From positions 1 to 63,478 of IMG/VR virus record IMGVR_UViG_3300049811_000165: DNA of 63,478 nucleotides; one strand, given 5' to 3'. Each line of letters starts with the position of its first letter. Within the stretch, counting starts at the first letter, position 1. Origin of the DNA: a virus. Made by a program: the position numbers and the translations under genes. Below, one piece after another: positions 40,114-50,000 of the stretch. The notes under the pieces were generated by a model. That model was given only the letters and a program-made list of their open reading frames with translations, did no database searches and was not told the DNA's origin.

Positions 40114-40560
40114 ATGACGAGCTACCTGCACTACCGAATCAGTCGAGCCCTGGGCAAGATCAAAGAGGCTTTCTTCAAGACCGTCGAAGTCCCCGAGAAT
40201 ACGATCCTCGCGGCGGGCGTCGTGCTCATCGTGGTCCTCCTCCTGGCCTTCGGTGGGAAGGCGCGCGCGGCCGAGATCGACAATGTGATCGCCGTCAGCG
40301 AGGTCTCGCAGGGACGCGACGGCTCGCAGATCCAGTTCATCCTGACCACGCTCCAGTTCCCCGACAAGTGCAAGAACGGGCTCACCGCGATCGGCACCAC
40401 GCGCCGCGACCAGAACTCGCCCGACACCCTGGCCATTGGCTGCTGGGCGCCGGCTGACAAGGGCATCGCGATCTGGGACTCGGGCGGCAGCCCGGCGGAC
40501 GCGATCATCTTGCCGCGCGAGAAGTTCTTCCGGCCGACGCGCAAGGGCACGAGCATCTGA
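40114..40560 (+). CDS. Membrane-anchored protein (148 aa) with one TM and an extracytoplasmic domain
   Basis: AAGGAGA SD. The TM is ILAAGVVLIVVLLLAFGG, followed by KARAAE. It follows a 260-nt non-coding gap after ssb. Confidence 0.6.
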   Translation: MTSYLHYRISRALGKIKEAFFKTVEVPENTILAAGVVLIVVLLLAFGGKARAAEIDNVIAVSEVSQGRDGSQIQFILTTLQFPDKCKNGLTAIGTTRRDQNSPDTLAIGCWAPADKGIAIWDSGGSPADAIILPREKFFRPTRKGTSI

Positions 40561-40790
40561 TGTCCTGGCGGGAGCTGAGCCCCTACGCCTTCACCGACGG
40601 CAAGGTGAACATCGTGAAGTCGCTGGAGGCTGGGGTGCCTCGCTACATGATCGCGGTGCTCCCGGAGTTCCCGAAGCAGCCAACCCGCTCGTGGCACGGG
40701 CCGTTCGACTCCCCCAAGGAAGCGACGGCCTTCTACCGCGCCAACACCAAGGCCATCCTGGCGGCCGACAAGAACCTGAAGGCAACCTGA
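40560..40790 (+). CDS. Hypothetical protein (76 aa)
   Basis: Track ORF with a TGATG overlap. Confidence 0.6.
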   Translation: MSWRELSPYAFTDGKVNIVKSLEAGVPRYMIAVLPEFPKQPTRSWHGPFDSPKEATAFYRANTKAILAADKNLKAT

Positions 40791-41038
40791 TGGAAGACCC
40801 GCTCACCCCGTCGCTGCTGCGCCTTGCGATCGACACCGCGATCAGGGGCGACACCATGACCTTCTACGCCGAGCGCGACTGGGAGCCCGGGGCGGGCTTC
40901 CCGGGCTACAGCGTGCGGTCGACGGGCGGGCTGCTGCCCGACTACAAGATCATCGAGTGCGACCCGTTCGACCTCGTGGCCTACCTTGTCGACGCCGGGG
41001 TGGGCAAGAGCATGCCCATCCCCGTTCGTCGCCTATAG
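40790..41038 (+). CDS. Hypothetical protein (82 aa)
   Basis: Start moved to the ATG at 40790 (TGATG overlap). Its stop overlaps the stop of the convergent giant gene within CTATAG (41033-41038). Confidence 0.55.
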   Translation: MEDPLTPSLLRLAIDTAIRGDTMTFYAERDWEPGAGFPGYSVRSTGGLLPDYKIIECDPFDLVAYLVDAGVGKSMPIPVRRL

Positions 41039-44000
41039 CTTCTTCCTCAAGGTCTCGCTGGCCTTCTCCAGCTTCTGCTTCTCGCGCTCGACGCGGCGGT
41101 CGAACTCCTGCTGGGTGATCCCGTTGCGCGACAGCTCTCGGGCGAGGCCCTTGATGTTGTTCTGGATCTCGCGCTGGGCCTGCTGGAAGTCCTGCACCGC
41201 GCGCAGCCGCAGCGCATCCTCGGGGTAGGCCCGAGCCTTCACGCCGACTGACGACAGCGCCGCCGTGGCGAGCGATTGGTCGCGCCCGAAGGCGTCGGTG
41301 CGGCCGGTGCCGGCGTCAAGCAGGCCGGTCCAGGCGTAGGTCTGGAGCTGGCCACGGTCCGTGCCAGGGATGATCGTGCCCGGCCCAGGCAGCGGCAGGT
41401 TCGGGGCGAACGCCTTGAACAGGTGGTCTACCACCTTCGCCATCGCCTCGGCCTTCGTGTCGGTGTCCTTCACGATCTCGCGCCCGGTGAAGCTGGACTT
41501 GTTCGAGAAGAACTCCATCATGATCGAGAGCGGGCCGGAGACAGACAGCCAGCTCGGCACAGGGAGGGCCGCCTGCGACTGGTTCAGGTCGACCATGTCC
41601 CCGCCCGGCACCCAGCGGCGAGCGTCCAGGAACACGGGCGAGCCGTGCGCGTCGTTCCACGGCATGCGGATCAGGCGCGGGAACACGCCAAGCAGGCGCC
41701 CATCCAGCTCGTCGGGCAGTAGCTTGCGCTCGCGGTCCTCGTCGTCCCCACCCAGGCCGAGCATGGCGTAGGCCGCCGCGTTGAGGGCGTAGCCCACGGC
41801 GAGGTACTTGGCGAACTTCCACGGCTTGTGGGCCGCCGCGTTGAGCATCATCGGGATCGCCCGGTACGAGAAGGCGATGAACGGGAGCACCGAGCGCCGC
41901 GCGGCCTGGATCCAGGGGGCGTTGATGTTGTAGTCGAGGAAACTGTCGCGCGCCGCCTTGCCGGCCTCGCGGTCAGGCTTGCCCGCCTCGGTCTCGCGCA
42001 TGAACTTCGCGAGACGGAAGACGGAGTCCTCGCTCTGGTACGCGCGCATCATCAGCTCGAACGGCTTCTTCACCCAGGCCGCCTTCTCCATCGCGGCCTT
42101 GCCAGCGGTGAGCACATGGCCCTGCATGGCGAGGTTGACGATCTGGCTCGCCTTGAGCAGGCCCAGCTCGTTGTTCTCGACCTTCTCCAGCTCGGCAAGC
42201 AGGGGCTCGATGTAGAGCTGGCTCAGCTCGATGTTGGCGAAGGAGCCGTAGTCCGCGCCGCTGTCCTCGAAGCGATCGATCAGGGTCTTGGCCGCTGCGT
42301 CGCCGCGCTTGGCCGCCACGATCACGCGCATCGCCTTGACGATGTCGCGCGCCCGCACCTCGGCGAGGTCGGCCAGCACGAAGTTGGACATCACGTTGTT
42401 GGTGTGGACCGCAGGCGAGAGCGCCGTCTTCGACAGCTTCCAGTTGCGCACGAGCGCATCCCACGCCGCGCTCGTGGCGTCCGCCGGCCGCGCGAGCTGG
42501 TTGCGGATGTCGTTCCACACCGGGGCCGGGATGATCTTGCCCGCCAGCGCGCCGTACTTCTTCAGCTTGGTGCCGGCGATCTCGGTGTCCGGCACACGCA
42601 CGAACTCGTCGGGCTTGAACGCCTGGGTCGCCCAGTACCCGGTCGACGGGTCACCGATGATCTTGTCGGCCGGCGCATCCTCGGTGGCGTACTTCTCGGC
42701 CACCCACTTCAGGAACTTGGCGTTCTCGATGTCGCGGATCCCGTTGATAACGGTCTTGGCGAAGGCGAAGCGCACCTCCTCGATCTCGCCCAGCTTGTGC
42801 CGCTCCTCGGCGGTCATGTCGCGCCAGAGCCCGACCTTGTTGCCCGGGCGGTCCAGCCAGCGCGCCTCCCAGGTGTCGGCCTTGGTGTAGCCCTTCGGGC
42901 CGGCGGCGCCGTGCTTGACGTAGCGCACCGCCGTGACCTTGCCGCTGGGGCTGCGCGCCTCCCATCGGTCGAGCAGGTCGCCTTCCTTGATCTCGTCGAT
43001 CGCCTGCACGAGGGCGTCCGCCTTCACGTCGTGGCGGATGCCGCGCCCCTTGAAGTTCTCGGCCCGGATGGCTGCCGCGCGCTTGGCTGCTGCGCCGGCC
43101 GCGCCGGGCTTCATGTGCGCCTCGTAGATCCGGTGCAGGTAGGCCATCTTGTTGCGCTCGTAGCTGTCGGGCGTGAGCAGCCCGACAGACACCGCCTCGC
43201 GGCCGAGCGTGTCGATCAGCGACTTCATGTTGCGCAGCGTGGCGCGGTCGTCGGCCGGGATCTGGGCCAGGAGTTGCTGCTCCAGCTCGGTGTCCGGCTT
43301 CTCGGCCATCCACAAGTAGGCCACCCGGGACTGCTCGCGGGTGAGCCCAGCCAGCGAGTCCAGCAGGTTCTTGGTCTCGCGCAGCACCTTGTTGACCGCC
43401 GCCGTTCGGTCGATCTTGGCGTCCAGGTACATGCCCTCCAGGCCGAAGTCGGACACGAGCCCGTGCTTGACCCGGTCCGGGACGATCCTGGCGCCCTGCC
43501 GGATGAGGTAGTCGTAGGCTGGGCCGGAAAGCAGCCGCCCTACCCAACCCATGCCGAGCTTGAATGCGCCGTCCAGAAGGCCCGTCCTGGCCGCCGGAGA
43601 GGCATTCGCTGGGGTCTGGGTAGCCCGGGATTGCAGGCCGGCGGCGCGGACAAACTGGACGGGCACGTCCGAGTTGAGGACCACGGCCACGCCGGACAGG
43701 CCGTCGACGTAGCCGTCGTAGCCCGCCTTCAGCAGGGCCATCTCCCAGGCGTTGCGGGTGCCCGCCTCGTCGCGGATGAAGATCCCGGACTGGGTCCAGC
43801 CCACCGGCTCGACCTTGATCGAGGGCGAGATCCCGGATTTCCAGAGGTTCGCCAGCCGCACCTCGTGCCGGTTCGGGCCGAGCCCGCCCTCGCGCAGGGG
43901 GATGGTGCCGTTGTCGCGCTGGGTGTAGAAGTAGACCCGGCGGCGGATCTCCTCCGGCGCGCCGCTCAGGCGCTCAGCCTCGGCGCCACGGATGCCCTGG

Positions 44001-47000
44001 CCGTACATGAAGCCCGACAGCTCGGAGAGCTGCCCGTGACTCCAGTGCCACGCATCGACCGACACCGAGCCCGGCGCCGGCTTGCGGCGGCTGAACTCTA
44101 CGACGCCGGATCCTCCGCCAGTTGCTGCAACGGAGTGGAGCCCGAGTCGTCGACGAGGCCCTTGGGCAACGGGCTCTCCGCTCCCTGCTCCACCGTCCCG
44201 GCCAGCGCCTGATAGACCGAGGTCTTCATGGGCGCCTTGTTCGTCTTCATCCAGTTGATGATGTGCTGCTGTCCAACTTGGAGCATTGATTCCGTCGGCA
44301 TCTGCCACCTCCTTCAGCTCTTCGCGAACCCGGTCCAGGGTCATGCGGCCCCGCTTGTACTGATTCCACAGCGCCTCCACCGGGGCCGAGGTGGTGCGCT
44401 TGTCTGCCGCCCGGAACATGCCACGGACGGCTTCCCACGTGATCGACTGCATCTCGCGCGGGAGGATACCACGTTCCGCCGCCGCGCGCCGGTACGCCTC
44501 GGCGAAGATCCCGTAGGTGCCGTTCGACCCGATGATGGTCGAGGTGACCGGCCCGCGCTCGCCCTTCGTGTTGCCGCCGAAGGCGTTCTTGACCTCCTCG
44601 GAGTCGGACGACATCGGACGCAGCGTGGCCACGCCGACCGCGTGAGTGTCGACGGTGATCGCGTGCGGGTCGCTCGGATCGATCAGGTTGGTGTAGAAGT
44701 TGCGCACCTTGTGGCCGCTGCCGAGCTGGGTCGAGATGTTCTCCATCGAGCCATCGCGCAGGACGGACACCGCAGCGGCGATCGTGCCGTTGCTGCCCCA
44801 CTGCACAGAGGCCGGGGTCTCGCCGTCGTCATTCATCGCGAGGCCAAGGGTCTCGCCCTCGGGCGAGATCGCGCGGTAGGTGCGCGCGTTGTACGTCTCG
44901 TCGAAGGAGCGGATCCAGACCGCAGCTTCCAAGGGGTTGCTCAGCTCGGAGAGCTTCTTCCCCGCGATCTTGTTGGCCAGCTTGATCTGCGTCGCGCGCG
45001 CATCCGCCGACTGACCGGTGCGATCGGCCACCGCCGCCATGAACATCTCGTGCGTGGCGGTGAAGTCCTGGCGATGCTTCCAGATGTCGAGCACGCGCCG
45101 GGCGAGCGACACGTTCACGAACCAGTCGCGCTGCGGGCTGAGCACCGCGATGAGCGCGGCGCCCTGCTCGTGCGAGATGCCATAGAACTTGCTCATCTGG
45201 CGGGCGATCTTGTTGCCGCCGACGTACCAGAGCTTCGCGCGCTCTCGCACGGCCGGCAGGGTCTGGTCGTAGAGCCAGAGGATGTTCGACTTGAAGTGCT
45301 CGACCGCCGCCTCGATGGTCTCGGCCGGCGTGCGGCCCGGCTTCGGGCGGATGTTCGCCATCTTCGCCATCAGCTCTGCGTGGATCTGCACGCCCTTCGG
45401 GCCGAGCCCGAGGATGTGGTCGATCCCCACCGTGATGCGCTGCTTCATCGGGTCGAGCCACGTGCGCTCGGCGGTGGCCGTCACGGGCGCGGTGCTGATC
45501 TGCGTGCCGGTGCGCTCGGGCGAAAGCGAGATCCGCATCAGCGCGCGCGCTTGATCGCGCAGCCCGTCGAGCGCATCCTGGTCCGCTTCGGGCAGCGAGT
45601 CGCGCGCAGCCTTGTAGTCCTTCTTGTCGAGGAAGGAGAAGCCGCGCTGCGCCACCGACACCTTGGCCGGACCGAAGTGCGCTTGCAGCTTGGGCAGGGA
45701 CTTCGCCGCGTCGTCGACCAGGAACTCCATCATGCCGTCGCCGGAGCTGGTGAACCCGATGAACTCCTTCTTGTTGCCCGGCAGGGACTTGTACAGCGCC
45801 TCGCCGTCCTGGCCGTCAGCCAGCTCGACCACGATCGCGTCCTGCGTGCCCTTGGCGGACACGTGCAGGCCGGCGTCCTGATCGAACACGTAGGCCACCG
45901 CCGCCGCGATGCGCTGAGCCTCGACCGTGGATGCGCTTGGCAGCTTCAGTGCGACCGAGGGATTCACGTCGCCCATCCAACCGCCGACCGTGGACTGCAC
46001 GGTGGCCTTGGCGCTGGTGAACAGCTCGGCCACCGCCGGCACGATCGCCTTGGACAGTGCGAGCGTGATCTCCGCGCGGCGCGCGAGCGGCAGCTTGTCC
46101 CACTCGCCCTTGATCGCAGCGTTGCCGCCCGGAGCCACCTCGAAGGCGGCGTTCTCGGCCGACCACCGCTTCTTCGAGAAGAGGATGTTCTTTGACTGAG
46201 CGTCGAAGCCGCCGCCGTTCCCTATAGCAGACTTGATCTGCTCGGGGCGGAAGGCGACATATAGCGTCTCGCTGGTCGAGTCGCTGTCGACGATCACCCC
46301 GTCATGCCCGTCATTGATCGCACCCTCGATGATCTCCTGCTTGCGGATTCCGTACCCGTACTTCCAGTCCTCCAGGTATGCGATCGGTCCCATCCCCTTG
46401 TCGTCCGTCAGGCGGAGGGGGTTGCGGATCGACAGGTAAACAGGAATCACGTTCGGGCTACCGCCATCCCTTCCGGCGCGCTTGGCGTAGGAGCTTGCTC
46501 CGCCGTACTCTCCCGGGCTGCTGGTGAAGAAGAAGCCGCTCTTGTCGTCCCCAAACGTGGCCCCAATGCGATCGGGGTCGAACTCAGAAAAGTCTGACGC
46601 AGTGCCGTGATACACCACCTTAGGATTGCCATCGGCGCCCACAACCTTGCTGTCACCGAACCACGCCTTGAAGGCGGGGGTGGTCGCCTTCTCTGCGCGA
46701 CTCATCAGCATGTCGGCCGCCTCATCGCTCATCGACATCAGCTTCGCGTGCCATGCCTTCGTCTCGGCGTTCGAGATGTTCTCGCCGCGCGCCACGGCGC
46801 CACGAGCGCGCGTGACCAGCTCGATCAGGTCCGAGTCGGACATGCGCAGGTTGATGCCCAGCTTGCGCAGAACGTCGCGGATCAGCGAGACAGCCTTCGT
46901 GAGGAGGCTGTGCTTCTCGCCGGTCTCTGCCATGCGGGCGAGGACTTCCATCGCGCCGATGAGCTGGTTGTCGCCGTACTCCTGGCGCACGTTCTCCATC

Positions 47001-50000
47001 GAGGCGTAGCCGCCCTTGGCGCGCACACGGGCCACGTCCTTCAGGATCTCGATCCAGCGCCGCTCGAAGCCGGGGCCGGCGGCGGCGATGATTGACTCGA
47101 CGCCGTGGTGCCCAACGATCTCGTGAGCGATCACCTCGGCAGCGCGCTTCGGGTTGAGCGAGTCAGCGACCAGGATGACCGATCCGTCCTCGCCAACGTA
47201 CACGCCCTCGACGCCGGAGGGCAGGCCCTCGACTTCCTCGGCCGACTGCACCACGTAGATGTTGAGCTTGTTCGCTCCCTTGTTCACGGCGGAGAAGTCG
47301 TCGACGATCTTCGTGACCTCGGCGACATCCATGCCACGGCCGGTCTCGGACGAGACGGACTTGGTCGCTGGGGTCGCCTTGACCTGCTCGCCACCCTGCG
47401 GCGCGCCGTCGTGCATCACCCAGGCCGGCAGCAGCCCGGTCTTCTGGTCGGCGTACACCGTCTCCGACCCGCTCGCGCTGCGGTTCGTCTCGCCGTGCGG
47501 CCCGAAGTTGACCCACGAGTTCTGGCCACGGGTCTCGGTCGTCATGGCGCGGCGCGCCTGGGGCGAGTACATCTGCGAGTGCGCGCGCCAAGCGTTCTCC
47601 TCGCCATCGGCGCGGAAGCCGGCGCCATACATGGCGTGCCCGAAGTAGTCGTGGACCACGCGGAAGATGTCGTTCGCCAGGGCCTTCTCGCCGCTGATCT
47701 CGAACTTGGTCTCGGCCAGGAGCGGGTTGTCCTTCGGGTCGAAGGTCGCGTTCGAGCCGAAGCCGTCGCGCGTCGAGAAGACCCACAGGTGGTTGTTCTC
47801 GATCATGTCGAGCACGGCGAGGCGCGGGCTGGCCGCGTAGGGGTCCGCGCCACGGATGAACTCGACCTTGAGGCCGGACTTCAGGATCTCCTCGTACTGC
47901 GCGGAGGTCTCCTTGATCATCGCGGCGTAGGCGGCGGCCACCTGCGGGTCGCCCGGCGCGTGCGCCATCGCGGCGTACTCGGCGGCGACACGCGCGGCGC
48001 GCTCCTTGTCGACCTTCTTCCAGTCGGTGAGCGGCTTGAACTGGATTCCGGCGCGCTTGGCGTAGGACTTGGCCACGTCGAGCGCCTTGTCCCACAGGCC
48101 GAAGGTTACTCGGCCACGTCCCGGGATGTCGATGGCGCCCGGCGCTCCTTCGAGGACTCGGACATCGCCTTGATCCGGCCGACTGTCGCCAGCCACCTGT
48201 TCTTGGCCTCCTCGTACTGCTCGCGCGTCATCTCCCCGCGCTCCGGTGGGTTCGGCAGCATTGGTCTTCTCCTTGGTCTTGCGAGAGGCGACGATGTTGT
48301 CGCCCTCGCCGAACTTGATGTTCCCGACCGCGCTCTTGATCTGGTTCGGGTTGTAGACGGCGAGGTTCTTCTGGCCGCCCTCGGTCACGTAGAAGCTGTC
48401 GTGGCCCAGCGCCTTGATCGCCGCCTGCACCTCGGGCGATTCGAGCACGGTCCAGTCGCCACGGTCGAGCGATTCGATCAGATCGTCTTCGGTCCACTGG
48501 TTGCTCTGCAACGTGAAGACACCTTTCCCTGCGGAAAGATGACTTGCCACTCGCGCAGCGTGCTCGGGGTTCGAGCCGTCGAACGGGCGCTCGGCGCGCA
48601 CGAACACGGGCAGGATGTTGGGGCCGCTGTCGAGAGCGTCCATCGAGGCGTACAGCCACTCGTCGGTCATGCGGACGTTGTCGAGGTAGTAGTTCAGCGT
48701 CTCATCGTCGACATCCTGGGCCTCGTAGTTCTGGCGCACCATCTCCCGCGCGCGCTCGTCGACCTTGGCCATCACCTCTGGCTTGAGGTTCGGCAGGTGC
48801 TTCTTCAGCCATTCGAGCGAGGCGTGAGCGAAGCTCTCGGCGAACTGCGGATCAGGCGACAGGAAGATCGCGCCGGCCTGCTTGGGCTGGAACGACTCGA
48901 TGTCGGCGGCCGTGCCGTGGAAGTAGACCTGGGGCGCCGCGCCCTGCTTGGTCTTGCTGGCACCGAACCACCGCTTGAAGTTGGGGTCGGTGCTCTGCTC
49001 GGGCGCCACGTAGGTGCCGCCCTTGGTCTTGGTGATGCCGCGCTTGGAGAACAGGCCGAACAGCTTCTTGCGCTGGGGCGTGGGCTTGGGCTCCTCCTTG
49101 GGGCGGGGCCGCGCGCGCAGCACCTCCTCGATGGTCTTGCCGGTCGGGCTCTTCCAGCCCGGCGCGGCGCGGTCGGAGAGCGCCTGATTGGCGCTATATT
49201 CGCTGCGCAGTGACTTGGTCTTCGAGCGCGCCTTCTTGGGGATCGCCGGCTTGGACGGCACGCTGACCGGGGAGATGCCCAGGTCTTCGCGGCGCAGCCG
49301 CTCCTGCTCAGCTTCCATCGCCTGCGGGCCGGTCTCCATCGAGACGTTGCCCGCGCTGTCGACGCGCATCCCGCCGGTCAGGCCGGGCTCGTTGCCGATC
49401 TGGCGCACGGTGCGGTCGACCTGGACCTTCGTTGCGTTGCCGGCGCCGTCGACGCGAATCTCGCTCTGGGTCGGCGTGCCGCCGGTCCCGCCTGGGGGTG
49501 GCAGCGCGGGGCGGTTGCCCTGGCCGGCGTCGCCCTTGTCGAGCACCATGTCGGGGGTGACGTTGACCTTCTCGCGCACCTCGCGCGTCACGATGCCCGT
49601 GTCGTCAGGGATCGGCGCGCCAGCCACGCCGCGCGGGGCCAGGGCGGGAACCTGGGCGCCCTCGGTCGGATTGTCGACCACGGCACCAGCGTCCACGGGC
49701 TCGCCGCGCAGGCGTTTGGCGAGGTTGCGCAGGCCAGCGCTCTTCGAGCCGGGCTCCTTCGAGGAGATCGAGTCCTTTGCCAGGACAGCCACGTCCGCCG
49801 GGGCGGTGGCAAGCTCGCCGACGGCCTCGGCAAGCACCTGCCCGGGGGCGTCGATCTCGCCCTTGGTCGCGAGCTGAGCGCCAGCCTCGCCCGCCGCGCC
49901 GCCGCCCGCCTGAACGGCCATCTGGGTCGGGACGTTGACGAACTGCTTTGCGACCGCGCTCTTGAGCGCCTTGGGGGCGATGGTCTTCGATGCGATGCCG

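Noticed and set aside
41828-44212. Very long antisense or alternative-frame ORFs in the track (e.g. 41828..44212 +, 58075..61020 +, 47105..49213 +, 44228..46195 +, 1195..2205 +, 6389..8329 -).
   Set aside because: They lie opposite or out of frame to genes with clear motifs. Their products are dominated by Arg/Gly/Pro/Ala/His runs, which is typical of stop-poor off-frames in GC-rich DNA. They lack SD-spaced starts.
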